A stretch of DNA of 64,000 nucleotides from Candidatus Moanibacter sp. Its GTDB lineage: Bacteria > Verrucomicrobiota > Verrucomicrobiia > Opitutales > UBA2987. Made by a program: the position numbers and the translations under genes. Positions within the stretch are counted from its first letter, which is position 1. Every line of letters begins with the position of its first letter. Shown here piece after piece: positions 20,361-32,696 of this stretch. The DNA lies in assembly GCA_965215885.1 (NCBI GenBank), contig CBDCEW010000092.1, forward strand, positions 40,145 to 104,144. Direction: 5' to 3'. Below the pieces are notes generated by a model, which was not told the DNA's origin, did not search any database, and saw nothing but the letters and a program-made list of their open reading frames with translations.

Positions 20361-23289
20361 TCAGGCGAGATCTCCACTTGCGGTATCCGCAGTTTGCGCT
20401 ACTTCGCCGCACTGGATCATGAAACTGAAGACGGAACCCTTTCCGGGATGGCTCCAGACGGCGACGTCGCCCCCCATCAATTCGACGACGTATACCGATG
20501 TTTCGAAATGGCGAGACCCAAGCACATTCCGTCGTCCCTTTCGTCGGAGCCACTTTGCGAGAACGGCAAAAAGAGCTTATCCCGTATTTTCTCTTCAATC
20601 CCGATGCCGGTATCCTTGACGTTGAATCTCAGGCGGGTTCGGCCATCTATGAGCCCGCCCGATTCCACCTTGATATCGATCCTGCCATTTTGGGTAAATT
20701 TGACTGCATTCCCGATGAGGTTGTTAAGGATCTGCCACAAGCGCGTCGGATCTGCCATGACGTGCTCGGGAACATTGTCTGCGACAGAATAGGAGAGGTT
20801 CAGCCCCTTTTCATTGGTATGCTCACGCTGGAGTTCGACTGATTCTTCGATTAAATTGTGGAGGTTCAATTTCGCTTCTTCCAATTCCACCTGATTGGTC
20901 ACGATCCTGGAGAATTCAAGCACGTTATCGATAATGAGAAGCAGCTGCCGGCCGTTGCGATTGACTTTCTCGGCGCGGGAAAGATCCTCCGGAGAAAGCT
21001 CTCCACGGGCGTTTTTCATCAGGACGCCGGAAAAGCCGATTATTGAAGTCAGATGGGTACGCAACTTGAGACTCAAGTTAAACATGAACTCGCGCTGGAC
21101 GGTGGTGGCGGTATAGTCTCTTTCTTTCTGGCCCAAAAACGCCTTTTGGTCTAGTCTTCTACCTTGAACTTCCTTTTTTGCCTCGTCAGCAGAATCTGTG
21201 GGTTATTTCGGGTTCAGGCAAGTCGCCCATGGTATGAAATAGGGCGATCTTAAGCACTTCGAAGCTCTTAAAGCCGTATGCTTTTCTGATAGTGAGATTT
21301 ATATTGCGGTTAAAGCCCTCCACAATGCCGCAGGAAAAGGCCTTTTTGGCCCGAAACCAGTTGAGGATGAGCGGCTCGTGTTTGCGCACCGAGCGCACGA
21401 ACCTTTTGATCGGTTTGAGGCGCGAACGCATGGCGCGCGTGCACCATTTTTTCAGATACCATTGGGCCCAGTAGGGACTTTTATAATGCCACAAGAGCTG
21501 AAAGCTCTCCTTTAGTAGATAGGCCCGCACGCTCTTCAGATCGTATTGGAGCACCTCCTTGAGGCGGATCTGTTGGGTGGGGGTGAGATTTGCGGATTTT
21601 TCAAGAAACAGTATTTGCTTTTGACCAGCACGTTGATGTAGCCGTCCCGTTGCAATCGCCTGGCTTCCGCAGCACGAATCTCATTGAGGGCCTTGTTCAG
21701 GTTGGCTACCAAGTGGAAGCGATCGAGGATGTGCAGCGCCTGGGGTGCCTTTTTCTTGATCACTTTGAGGTAAGGCTTCCACAGATCCGAGCAGACGTAG
21801 AGGATCTGGCTGCTCTTTTGCGCTCCCAATTCCCAGAAAAAACGCAAGAGCGATTTTACGTTGCGCTTATTGAATACGCCCAATAGCCGCCGCCGCCCCT
21901 CGTCAAGCTGGTAGACCACGGTGAGATAGTGATGGCCTCGATGATACTGCACCTCATCGACTCCGATCGCCTCAATCCCGCTCATATCGCGCCGTTTGAG
22001 CCCCCAACGCACCATCGCCTCGACCGACTCGAAGACGTTGCGCCAGTTCGTGCGAAAAACCCTTGCCGTCTCTTCCCAGCTCAAGCGCCTCGCCCACTGG
22101 GCCAGAAACCATTGCATTGGCCAACTCAGATGACTCTTGCCCTTGGCCCAGGGCACCTCTTCGACCTTCACCCCGCACCGCCGGCAATTGACCCGCCGCA
22201 TGCGGTAACGAAAATACACCTTCATCCCCCACAAGGGCACAAATTCAAAATGCCTCGCCTCGCTCATGTGGTCGTAGCCGCTGGCCGTCCGGCCACACCC
22301 CGAACAGCACACCCGACTATTCTTGCGCGGCTCAATCTGCACCACAATCGCCTCCACCGATTTCACCATTTCCATACTCGCCTTTGCGTAAACAAAGCTC
22401 TTGAGCCAATAGCACCGATTCAGTAGCGTTTTGATGAGCACTGGGTCCTCCGTGTTCAGGATGTATTTTCGGTACTACTTTCATCCTCGGAACGGCCCGG
22501 TGCTTCAACCTTTCAATCCCATATGCAAAGAAAACACCGACCAGCCCCTCCGGCTGTGGAGGAGCGGGATTCAGGGCAGCGCCCTGACTTCTCCTTGTGC
22601 TCACCGACTCTATTTCCTCTTGTAAGCGACGTTACCCACCCACAGATTCTGCTGTAGACCCCCTTTTTTAAGATGACCTTCTCGCGAACGTTGAATCGCT
22701 CTTTATTTTCGTTCTGACGGGCGATTAAACCTATGATAAGTAGAAAACAGGAAAGAATGAGCCCGCTTTGAATATACGAGTAACCCGGCAACATAATGAT
22801 CTGTACACACAAAGGAAGAACAGCAGCCAGGAGAAACGCCCAGAAAATAGAAACAACCGCGGATAGAACCGACGACGCGAGCGCGGTCAATGCGACGGTC
22901 GCCAAAATTAGAAAAGATAACAGAGATGCATTCTCATGCGGAAAATACAGAATAGACAGCGCACCCCATCCCGCCCCGATTAGCAGGCTGCCCAACGTCA
23001 TGATATTTGCCCAACGCCGCGCTTTCAGCTCTTTTTCAGGGTCCCGCAGCATTTCGGTCAATTTCAAATAAGCGGGCAGGCACACTATCACCATGCAAAT
23101 GATCCACACGTTGACCGTTTGCAACGACGTCTCCCAGAGAATCCAGAGACCACCAAATACGGAGATCACGAGGAGAATAAGTACACCCGACCTGCTCTGA
23201 CGAATTACGGTTTCGACTCGAGCCGCAAAAAAGAGCTCGCGAATGGGAGGCGACGGAGTGGAACTTTCCGCTTCTTGATTATTGGACAT
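20361..23289 (-). pseudogene. Membrane sensor histidine-kinase-like gene interrupted by ISL3, with a further frameshift near 20495
   Basis: Multi-TM N-terminus (22670-23289) joins in frame to the HisKA/HATPase part (NLIGNAVKFT, DTGIGI, GLAIS) once the IS and one TSD are removed; the tail VELMGG...GKGSVFSF is in another frame. Confidence 0.85.
21180..22661 (-). mobile_element. ISL3-family insertion sequence (transposase 21186-22441, frameshifted near 21590)
   Basis: IR core CAGCAGAATCTGTGGGT at both ends; 8-bp TSD CCTTTTTT (21172-21179, 22662-22669); zinc finger CSGC/CRRC, IGVDE, CSDLW, DRFH, VEGFN...RKAYGF. Confidence 0.95.
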
Positions 23290-23417
23290 TCTAACTTGAA
23301 ATTCCGGTTTCTCTACAAAGTCGCGACGATCATATTTCTGGCGTTTCCGGGCCTACCGCTCCCGGTAAGTCTGAAAGCAAGTTCAAGATATAGGATTTGC
23401 ATGATCTCCATTTCGAC

Positions 23418-23918
23418 TTATCGGAACAAGGCTAGAATCAATTCAATCTCGACGTGAGGTTCTCCTCGTAGATACACTTCTTTTTTGAGAGTCTCTTCCG
23501 TCAAATTCACGCGCACATCCAGGTATGGCGGATCGCGGGCTTTGAATAAGAACGAGCGCCCGTCCAATTCAACGAAGTCGAGCAGAATCGGCTTCGTATT
23601 ACCGCCGAAGGTAGAGAAAAATCGAAGCTTGAGGTCTTCTCCCTCAAGAAAGAAAGTCCAATAGTGGATCGAGGCAATGAGATCAGCCTTACCTGAAACG
23701 GATCCATCCGGCAGGCGCTCGTATTGAATGTCGTATTTCTGGGGTCCGATCGGCGTCCTTACGGCCGTTCCTCTCCAGGGACCGATAAGCCCCTCCAGGA
23801 ATTCGGCGGGCGATACCGCCTCGCTCGTCGTTTCGCTTCTCGCGGCTTCGGATTTCACACTGATTAAACAGCTCCACGCGACTAGAAAAGCGAATCCGAA
23901 AAGATAGCTCTCACGCAT
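23418..23918 (-). CDS. Exported hypothetical protein (small beta-barrel-like)
   Basis: Signal peptide; LIGPWRGT motif and alternating beta-strand pattern. Confidence 0.6.
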   Translation of the reverse strand: MRESYLFGFAFLVAWSCLISVKSEAARSETTSEAVSPAEFLEGLIGPWRGTAVRTPIGPQKYDIQYERLPDGSVSGKADLIASIHYWTFFLEGEDLKLRFFSTFGGNTKPILLDFVELDGRSFLFKARDPPYLDVRVNLTEETLKKEVYLRGEPHVEIELILALFR

Positions 23919-23967
23919 GATAATATTGAGTCCGATCTTATTCTCTATTGCAAAGACTGTATAATTG

Positions 23968-24104
23968 ATGCCCACGGATGGCTCCGCAGTACCACGGATG
24001 CCAATTGGAATAAAAGCGCTCGGTTAGTGAACTGTGCACTCTCATCTCATAATCTCCATTCGATCCTTCTGTCGATAAACCTAACTATATCTGAAGGCAA
24101 GATT
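23968..24104. repeat. ~140-bp dispersed repeat; inverted copy at ~50292-50428
   Basis: ATGCCCACGGATGGCTCCGCAGTACCACGGATGCCAATTGGA...GCGCTCGGTTAGTGA...CTAACTATATCTGAAGGCAAGATT matches the reverse complement near 50.3-50.4 kb. Confidence 0.85.
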
Positions 24105-24236
24105 CCTCCTTTTAGAAAACATTAGGAACCGTCCGCGAACCTGTTGAAAACCTTGAGCCTGTCGAACGGCAATGGACAGAAAAGGATCGAGGCAGGGAAA
24201 GCCGACGATGACCAGTTGTACGGCATTGCAGGAATT

Positions 24237-24779
24237 TCACGGTTCAGCGGTCGTATCGAGAGGGACGGCTCGACCATCTTCCCACTTTTCGAGGTAGACG
24301 CTGCTGTCGGCGTGCCAGGCGGGGACGGTGACGGCGAGGTATTCGAGATCTTGTTCTCCGACGTTGGTGATCTTGTGACTTTTCCCGGGAGCGATGTAGA
24401 TGGTGTGGCCAGGTGTTACGGTAGTGGCTTCATCGTTCAGAAGCATTATGGCCCGCCCCTTTAAGATATGATATGTCTCCTCGTCGGATGGGTGAAAATG
24501 CTTGATGGAGGTGGCTCCGGGAGGCATCACGATATAGGCGAGGCTGTGTCTATCCGTGGTGCCGGCCACTTTCCGGCCGATCAGTTCATAGATGATCTCC
24601 CCGTTCGGTGTCCGCAGCGGTTTGCTGAGGTCACTGATCTGGAATATTGGCAGCGCGTCTTCGGGTTGATCGGTCTCCTTTGCGATTTCCCCCGAATGTA
24701 GCCGGGCGAGCCCGAGCAAGAAGATGAGTGAGAGAATACCAAAGCGGTAGAATGGTTTGATTAGAAAATAGCAGCGCAT
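24237..24779 (-). CDS. Cupin-domain protein, probably exported
   Basis: HFHPSDEETYHILKG and IAPGKSHKITN cupin motifs; hydrophobic N-terminus. Confidence 0.85.
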   Translation of the reverse strand: MRCYFLIKPFYRFGILSLIFLLGLARLHSGEIAKETDQPEDALPIFQISDLSKPLRTPNGEIIYELIGRKVAGTTDRHSLAYIVMPPGATSIKHFHPSDEETYHILKGRAIMLLNDEATTVTPGHTIYIAPGKSHKITNVGEQDLEYLAVTVPAWHADSSVYLEKWEDGRAVPLDTTAEP

Positions 24780-25174
24780 AGAAAAAAAGGGGAAAGAATT
24801 CTCACGCAAAGACGCAAAGGGAAAAGAAAAAGTTGGATTCGTTTGGAGCATAGAATTGAAGGAATGTGGTAGTCCCGGAAAGCTCGGACAGAGAATGGAG
24901 AGGAAAACGAGAGGAAGAGTTGACCCACGGCGGGCTCCGCCCCATACCACTGTGCTTGTCAGTGATTCTCGCTACCACGATCGAATAGAGACCTTTTATG
25001 ATCTTTTGCTCTCGATGCGACGGTTAATGCGAAGTCGGTGTCACTGGGGCTTGAACCCGATCCTGAAGCAAAGCACAAAGCTAATTTCGCAACGACATCG
25101 TCCAGCTATGTCATCTCTGTGTGGCTCTGTGGTTCTCTGTGTCACTCTGTGTCCCTCTTCTCTCTCAACGAATT

Positions 25175-25393
25175 TCAAGTTTGGTTACGGCCAGCTGATA
25201 CGTTAGGATCCTTATGTCCGAAGACACTGAAATACAGCTTAGCGAATGTCGCAACAACCGCTTCATCCCATTTCTTCGATATCAGTTCCACAGGTGTGAT
25301 ACCTGCCAGGGTAATGAGGGCGCGATCGCGTCGCGAGAGAGCGGTCACATTGGCGCAGGACCAACCGATCAGAAGATGTGTTCCTGGTGTCAT
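25175..25393 (-). pseudogene. N-terminal fragment of a membrane metal-dependent hydrolase-like gene
   Basis: MTPGTHLLIGW...DRALITLAGITP start typical of this family, followed by early loss of similarity. Confidence 0.45.
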
Positions 25394-25420
25394 TTCATCA
25401 TTCCACTATTCCCTTTCCTT

Positions 25421-25711
25421 CTAATCCCGGCGTAGGAGTAGAGAAATCGCGATCAGCAGTTTTATGGTGCACCAGATTCCTATACCTGCGATTAAGAGCA
25501 GAAAAGTCGGATGAATAGGCAGGTATTTGCTCAACCCTAGCACCGAGAGCGCGAATCCCATACCTACGAGTGCATGCAGTCCCTCATTGAGCCAGGTTGG
25601 AAACTTTTCGGCGAAATGTTTGCGATAGCCAAGGATACCGGCCACGAAAGTCCCCACGTAGCCGAAACCGGTGATAAAGACGAGGATAACCAGGATGTAT
25701 TCCAGTTTCAT
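25421..25711 (-). CDS. Small membrane protein
   Basis: 96 aa, three hydrophobic segments, ATGA overlap with the upstream FecR-domain gene. Confidence 0.6.
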   Translation of the reverse strand: MKLEYILVILVFITGFGYVGTFVAGILGYRKHFAEKFPTWLNEGLHALVGMGFALSVLGLSKYLPIHPTFLLLIAGIGIWCTIKLLIAISLLLRRD

Positions 25712-26679
25712 CGGTAGGCTTCGTCGAAGGCACCGCGCTGGATTGCCTTTTTAAGAAGGATAATCGTTTCTTGGACGATCATGTTGATCCTGGCGCTGTC
25801 GGCTGCGTCGACCGTCGCTTCCACAACTTCGAGTTTCGGTAGACGAGTTTTTGCGTCCCGCCCGAGTTCAAAGGTAATGCGCTGGCCGGCCCCGATCTCA
25901 CGAAAACGATCGCCAAACCATTCCTTCACCGGATCGGGCTTGGGTCCAGCCAAAGCCTCTTTGAGCAACTGATTCAGTTCCAGTAGGGTAGCGACTGACC
26001 CCTTAAACCCGATAATTCCTTCAACGACGCTGATTTCTAATTGCGAAAATGCCTTTGTATTAGGTTCGACTGTTACGTTTATCGAGTAGGTAGTCCCACG
26101 GATACCGGCAATACCAATAGGAGTCTCGATTTCGTAAGTGGAGGCAGTTCGCAGTCGTCTGGTATGCCCTACGATTTCCCCGTAATCCAACTTCAGGCGT
26201 GTTGTCGAACGGCCTGGCTCGATATCGAGATTTTCCAAATCAGCTCTCTCGCGATGGGTTTCCTGAAAAAACCTCGAGACGGAGAATCGAGTATTGCCGG
26301 CCAGGGTTACGGTAGACCCGTTAGAGAACAGCAACACAATGCTGCCGCTTTTTCCGGTAGTGAGGGTATAACCATCGGCCACGAGTTGGCCCTCCCGGGC
26401 AGGGCGCGCAGCGCCACTTGCATCTGTAACCGTTGCCGGATATTGTACTTCTCCGAGAATGACCAGATTGACGGCCTGAGCCGAAAGCAAAGGAGGGAGA
26501 GCTGAGAAAGAGCACAGCGTAAAAAGAACTGGCAGGTGCTTCCATTGAATACAGAATTTCACAGAAGGAAACAAAGAGAACGGAGAGGGATGAAGAGGGA
26601 GAGTGCCCCCACGGATTCGAGAAAACCGCGGACTGATTGAATATCCAACATCGAACGCGATTCTTAGAATTTCCTGCAT
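25708..26679 (-). CDS. FecR-domain protein (true start probably downstream of 26679)
   Basis: LTTGKSGSIVLLFSNGSTVTLAGNT and IETPIGIAGIRGT FecR motifs. Confidence 0.8.
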   Translation of the reverse strand: MQEILRIAFDVGYSISPRFSRIRGGTLPLHPSPFSLFPSVKFCIQWKHLPVLFTLCSFSALPPLLSAQAVNLVILGEVQYPATVTDASGAARPAREGQLVADGYTLTTGKSGSIVLLFSNGSTVTLAGNTRFSVSRFFQETHRERADLENLDIEPGRSTTRLKLDYGEIVGHTRRLRTASTYEIETPIGIAGIRGTTYSINVTVEPNTKAFSQLEISVVEGIIGFKGSVATLLELNQLLKEALAGPKPDPVKEWFGDRFREIGAGQRITFELGRDAKTRLPKLEVVEATVDAADSARINMIVQETIILLKKAIQRGAFDEAYR

Positions 26680-26791
26680 TCCTTATTTCTTGAACACAAA
26701 GGGTTATATTTTCGATTCGGAGATTTTTCCTAAAGAAAACAAGCATTTTCGAGTTTGTAGTTTAGAGCTGAATGAGGAAAGTAGGAAAGTG

Positions 26792-28027
26792 ATGGACGAC
26801 GGTGCTGCCATATACAATCGAGCCATAACCGTTATTCTGGCCGGAGGCGTTGGTTCGCGGTTGCAACCGTTAACGGCCCAACGTACGAAACCCGCGGTAC
26901 CGTTTGGTGGGAAATTCCGCATCATTGATTTTACACTGAGCAACTGTCTGCATTCCCACCTCCGCAAGATACTGGTGTTAACCCAATATATGTCGCATTC
27001 GTTGCAAACGCACCTGAGAGACGGATGGTCCATCTTTAACCCAACGGTCGATGAATACATTACGCCGATTCCACCGCAGATGCGGACAGGCAAATCATGG
27101 TATGAAGGCACGGCAGACGCCGTCTATCAGAATCTTTACCTGCTGGAACGCAGCGGCGCGGATTATGTGGTCATTCTTTCCGGTGATCATATCTATCGGA
27201 TGGATTACTCCGCCATGCTGAAGGCCCACTGTGACACCGGTGCAGATGTGACGGTCGCGTCCATGAAGGTCGGTGTGAACGATGCCACGAGGTTTGGCAT
27301 CCTCTCAGTCGATGATTCGAACCGGATTACGGAATTTGAAGAAAAGCCGGTTCACCCAAAAGTCATGCCGAGCGATCCGGAACATGCCCTCGCATCCATG
27401 GGCATTTACGTTTTTTCTCTGGAATTGTTATCCAAGATATTGCGGGAGGATCATGATCGAGAAGATTCAACCCATGATTTTGGGAATGACATCCTACCGC
27501 GCTTGATATCGTCTCATCAATTTTTCGCCTACCTTTTCGGCGGTCCTACCGGGCGAGTCGCAATCGATCTTTACTGGCGCGATGTCGGTGACATAGATGC
27601 TTACTACGCCGCCAATATGGATCTGCTGGAGCCAGTGCCTGCCATTAACCTCTACCAGGCAGATTGGCCGGTTCGGACTTTCGAAACTCCGAGCCCTCCT
27701 GCTCGAACGGTGGTGGGTAAGTCGGGTGCTCCGGCTGAGCTGGTCAATTCGATGGTTAGTTCGGGGAGTATTGTCGTTGGGGCTTCCATCAAACATTCAA
27801 TATTGTCACCCAATGTGCACGTGCACGACAAGGCTGTGGTGGAAAACTCAATACTGTTTGACGGGGCGAGTATCGGAGAGGCTGCGCGCCTGAAAAACTG
27901 CATCGTCGACAAAAATGTCACCGTTCCTCCATGCGAAACAATCGGAATCGACAGCGAGCTGGATCGCGAGCGATTCACAGTCTCCGCGGGAGGGGTCGTT
28001 GTTGTTCCGAGGAACTATAAGTTCTAG
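26792..28027 (+). CDS. glgC: Glucose-1-phosphate adenylyltransferase
   Basis: ILAGGVGSRLQPLTAQRTKPAVPFGG, WYEGTADAV, LSGDHIYRMDY, FEEKP, ASMGIYVF, DFGNDI, YWRDVG. Confidence 0.97.
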   Translation: MDDGAAIYNRAITVILAGGVGSRLQPLTAQRTKPAVPFGGKFRIIDFTLSNCLHSHLRKILVLTQYMSHSLQTHLRDGWSIFNPTVDEYITPIPPQMRTGKSWYEGTADAVYQNLYLLERSGADYVVILSGDHIYRMDYSAMLKAHCDTGADVTVASMKVGVNDATRFGILSVDDSNRITEFEEKPVHPKVMPSDPEHALASMGIYVFSLELLSKILREDHDREDSTHDFGNDILPRLISSHQFFAYLFGGPTGRVAIDLYWRDVGDIDAYYAANMDLLEPVPAINLYQADWPVRTFETPSPPARTVVGKSGAPAELVNSMVSSGSIVVGASIKHSILSPNVHVHDKAVVENSILFDGASIGEAARLKNCIVDKNVTVPPCETIGIDSELDRERFTVSAGGVVVVPRNYKF

Positions 28028-28088
28028 GAATGCGTCTGGCTTAGTCCCCTTATTTCGCAGAATAAGGGGACTAAGCCAGACGCATTCC
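28027..28088. terminator. 28-bp perfect hairpin directly after glgC (terminator or palindromic repeat)
   Basis: GGAATGCGTCTGGCTTAGTCCCCTTATT-TCGCAG-AATAAGGGGACTAAGCCAGACGCATTCC between convergent genes. Confidence 0.7.
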
Positions 28089-28227
28089 ACAGCGCTCTGC
28101 CGAGCGGCAGAGCGAGGACTTATTCGAGTCAGGAGATTACTCTTGGTGGTGGGACGGGCCCTCCGGGCACGTTCGTTTCCACTGCAGGAATAGTATAGAA
28201 AATATGCCTGAATACGCGAACCGAAGT

Positions 28228-28752
28228 TCAGGCAAGAAAGCCGCTGCAGCGAGAATCGGGATGGGAGAAGTGGTGGGTCTGGGCGAGAATATCGACGGTG
28301 TGGTCGCTGTTCTCAGGGTTTTGCGAAATGTCTGCAAAGGCCGTTTTGAAGGCCCTTCCCGCGCGTTTGAGCAAGTTGTAGAGTTCGTTTCCGTGACGGC
28401 GAATGTATTCTTTAATGGATTCAAGGAGCTTATTGGGAAAGCTCGTCATAACAGACTTTTGTTTGCCTTGAATGATGATCTCCCCCAATCGGTCCAGGAT
28501 GAAAGTTCTGTACTGATTAGCAGTCATGCGCAGGTCATGTTGCTTGAGCCAATTCGCGGGCCAGGTAATGGCATGAATAAGACTATTGAGGTCACTGTAG
28601 AAGACCCCACGATCCACTTCGCGATAGAAAGTGCCTTGAATAATCTGGATCAAGTCGTCGGTGGTTTCTCTGGCGAGTGATGGGTTCATCGTTCGCGATG
28701 GTCTATTTTGTGCCTGCGAATTTCCTTTAAAGCGCGCGGTAGGTGTAATCAT
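28228..28752 (-). CDS. Hypothetical protein
   Basis: 174-aa ORF (probable start MNPSL at 28689) with globular, helical composition (AITWPANWL...HGNELY). Confidence 0.55.
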   Translation of the reverse strand: MITPTARFKGNSQAQNRPSRTMNPSLARETTDDLIQIIQGTFYREVDRGVFYSDLNSLIHAITWPANWLKQHDLRMTANQYRTFILDRLGEIIIQGKQKSVMTSFPNKLLESIKEYIRRHGNELYNLLKRAGRAFKTAFADISQNPENSDHTVDILAQTHHFSHPDSRCSGFLA

Positions 28753-29856
28753 AAAGCCCGTCTTTGGTGTAGTATGTAACCGGACCCAACCATGAATTCG
28801 ACTAAGGAGAATCCCCTATATCCATTAGAAGATTTCCCCTCATTCTGAAGCGTCAGCTGTGTAGTGACTGGGCTTTTCCTTTTCATCATGCCGAGTAATT
28901 TAGGGAGTATACCCCAGATTGTCAAAGTCAAACATAGTCAATAACTTATGAAATTTTCTTAAAAAAACTGTAAAATAAAACCGAGCCGAATGAAGTACTC
29001 TTTGGAAAACCATTGAATATGAATGGGTTGGGTATTCGGTAATTGGCTTGCAGGGGCGGATTCGGCTATGGCAGGGGGTTGCAAGCGAAGGGCTTGAGGG
29101 CACCTCGCTATCCAGCTTAGGTAGGGTCTTATACCTAATTCGATTCCAATTATGATTGGAAGGGAGTGCACATAAAAGTCGTAATCGTCCTCGTTCTCGA
29201 AGAGGGATGCCCGCTAAAGACGCGAAAATGCGCGAAAGGGATGTAAGCGGAATGGAATAATGGAATTATTAACTGTTGAATTCGTGAACTGCTCATTGCC
29301 TGCCTCGTCCGGCTTGGCGGGAGGAGCGCCGACAGTTCGCAAACCTTGTCGATCAGATCTGTAGGACCGCGCTTGTCGGAGACCCTGAGCTTGTCGAAGG
29401 GCGCGGGATAAAGTCGACTAGAATGATTGAGACTTGATCGGAGAATGAGAAACGCTTCCGCGTTCCTCTACGAAGGATGAGAGAGTAGGAAGTTTTACGA
29501 TCTTCGGTCGTGATCAAAATTGTGATCTGAAATCGATCTTCGAATCTTTGTCGTCAACTTCGTCGTCAGCTTTGTCGACAAGGTTCGTGAGCGAGGTTCG
29601 GGACCCGTCGTCGCACCGCTTTGCCGAGGCAGGCAAGGTTTCCCTATCGGGTGGTCCAGTTTGAAGAAAAGGTGACATTTTACGGGGGCTCTGATCTCTC
29701 CTATTCAAACCTCGTCGCGAACCTTGTCGGAACTTATCGTGCTAACTCGTAGAAATTTCGAGTTTCGATTACGCTTGAGATTACGGATTCCGAATAACGT
29801 TACCAATCTCTCATCCTTCTGGAATCGATCATCGTGATTCCTTATCGTGATCTATC

Positions 29857-32477
29857 CTATTGCGAATCAACCCTCAGGCGCATGAACTTCTCGCTCTCGC
29901 CAGCGTTGATTGGAACGGTTGCTTCGATGACTTCGACTTCACCCAGGTCTTCGACGACGACTTCAGTGATATCCGAGCTGAACCAATCGAGCAGGTTCGT
30001 GGACCACTCGACCTGGCCAACGGCTTCTGGAGTTACTTTGGATTTACGGTAGCTTAGACTTAAACCGTTTTCGTCGACGGAGGCTTCGATTGCATCGTCA
30101 CCGTCATTCACAAGCGGGTCGAAGCCCATAAAGTATTCGATGAGGTTCGTGAGTGTGTCACCGTCCGGATTTGCGCTGTCTCCCCATACGGAGGCCTCTT
30201 TTGCTGGATCCATGAGGTCGACTTGATCAAACCTGTCGCTTCGCCAGGAATCGAGGGTCCCATCATTGAACATGACTGCCGGGGAGAACTCAGAAGTGTT
30301 TCCCGATGAGTCGGTAGCCGTCGCGGTAATATACTCCCCGTGTATCGTGAATTCCGAGAAAGTGATATCGAATGAAGCTTCTCCAGAACCATCTGTCATG
30401 ACGATCGCCGAACCTAAATAGCGCTCCCCTTCATCAGAGTTGCTGGCATCCACTGAGCTGCTGGCATAGAAATCCAAGTCAAATTCCTCAATTGGGGCGC
30501 TGTTCAAGGCACCGACAATCCGCGTCAAGCCCAGAGTGGAGTATGAAAGAACCGGGAAATTCTGCAGGTTGTTCGGTCCCGTATCGCCGTCGAGGTCATC
30601 GTTCGGGCTGACTCCGTCAGCTCCGAGATCGATCCCAAGAGAACCATTCCTGAATATGGAGTTTCCTCGAATGCTGTTCGACGTCGTCGGGGCTTCTGGA
30701 ACACATTCTATGACGAGAACTCCATTATCATTGAATGCGATAACATTGCTTTCACCGGGTCCTATACCGCCAATTCTAGTCATTGAGGTGCAGATACTTA
30801 CAGCAACTCCGGCACTAACGTTTCCAATATCCCCTGTCCCATTGAGATCTGTTCCGATGAAGTTACCTTGGACCAGGTTGCCGATGGCATCGGGCAACCA
30901 GATACGAATACCGTGGAAATCGTTACCCGAAATTAAGTTGCGTGCGCCGGGTTGCGAACCTCCAAGGGAGTTATTAGGTGCATTTCGTATTTCCACACCG
31001 GCACCCCCGTTGCCCAGGTCGACGGTACCGGTCACATCAGTGCCAATGAAGTTTCCTTGTACCACGTTTCCTGTGGCACCGATGCCATCAATGTAGATTC
31101 CGTAACCATTGTTACCGGAGATTAACTCCGGCACCCCCGTTGCGCGCCGTTTCCTTGTGCCTGTAATCCACCGATCAGGTTGTCAGCGGCGGAAAGTATC
31201 TCCACTCCCAAACCATTTCCCAGTGCAGCACTACCAGTCACGTCGGTACCAATGAAGTTTCCTTGTATAATCCTGATTCCGGGACCCTCAATCCGAATAC
31301 CGCCGGAGCCAAATCGATTGATTACCAGGCCCAGCACCGTGCAATCTGCAGCCGAAATAAAAAGACCATATGAGCCTCCGGCGTTTGATCCATCCAGCTC
31401 GATCTTAAGGACGGCGTTGATGGGGAACTCCGGCGGATTGGTGTTTCGGCTTGCCCCGGACTGTGTATAGCCGTCGATGATGACGGGTTCTGTGATAATT
31501 GGAAAGTCGGAGCCCGTCTGGATCGTATGTGGGCCTGAACCCGGGATATTGAAAGCTATGGTGTCGGCGGCTGTGGTGCTGTTAGCAGCATGGATCCCTT
31601 CGCGAAGGCTACAGTGGGTCGTGTCACATAGGCCATCATCAACGTCGTCGTTGGAGTTTACCGTGAAGGTTGTTGGGACGCCCGCCGGCGTGAAATCAAT
31701 CGTGAGGGTCGGTCGGTTGTTCCCGTTTTGACGACTGTTAAATCGTTTTGCGGACTTCTGCGTCGACTCATTTCCGATAAGGATCCAGCCAGAGTTGCTA
31801 ATCGGATTATCCAACCAGTCCTGAACGTCGGCAATCATCTGAGCCGACGACCACGTTGCGTCTCCACTTTCGCCCACCGAAGCGGTGTCCGAGGCGCTGG
31901 ATTCGAAGTCACCGCCGAGATTCATCCATGTCATCGGTGTGTCAAAGAATCGGTGTGTCCATGTGGCGTCGTTGGTTTGAGCGTTGCCTCCCTTGCCTCC
32001 GGTTCCGCCAAAGCCGGCGTTGAATGATCCCTCTTCACCCCAATCCTGCGTAAGCTTATGAACCGCCATGGACTGGTTTCCCGGGCGACTTCTCGAAATA
32101 TGTAGGGTCAGGGTCACGTCGTTAATCGTCGACCCCGCGGGTATGCCAGCATTCTGGCCATCTCCATTGACGATGTCAAAAAAGAGGAGAGCCCTGCGCA
32201 ACGCCTCACTTCTATGGGGGCCTAATTTTCCCGAAAAGAAGAATGCCCCGTTTCCGCTGCTATCACTGCCACTTTCTTCATAGATCGTATTATCTCTGGA
32301 TGGATCCAGGACCACAGTTTCACCCGCCGCATGGGAACTCCAAAGGCTTACTAGAAGTCCGCCTATTCCGCAGAATATGCGGACTAGAAACCCGAAAATC
32401 CGTGAGATTTTCGGATTAGGGGTAATATACGAGCCACTCGAATAGGCAGTAGAGATTGGGAACCCTCTCTGGTTCAT
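29857..32477 (-). CDS. Exported DNRLRE-like + CSLREA + beta-helix surface protein, frameshifted near 31130
   Basis: SRDNTIYE...RRALLFFD domain, HCSLREGI motif, repeated GNFIGTD beta-helix turns, C-terminal DGDTLTNLIEY...FMRLRV; split over ORFs 31122-32477 and 29857-31134. Confidence 0.8.
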
Positions 32478-32696
32478 TAGAGCGATTGGTTTGGAACCAT
32501 TATAGCATTACCGGAGGATCTTAATACTCCTGGCCCCTAAATTGAGCTTCATTTCGCACATTTCTTAGTTCGATGTTTGGAGCAGGGGGTCAAGCCTCTG
32601 TCCTGACGCGCGGCAATAAACGGGATCATGCAGGACTGTAGTCCAAACTGTAGAAATGTAGGACTGTGGGACCATAGGATCGAAGAGCAAACGTGT

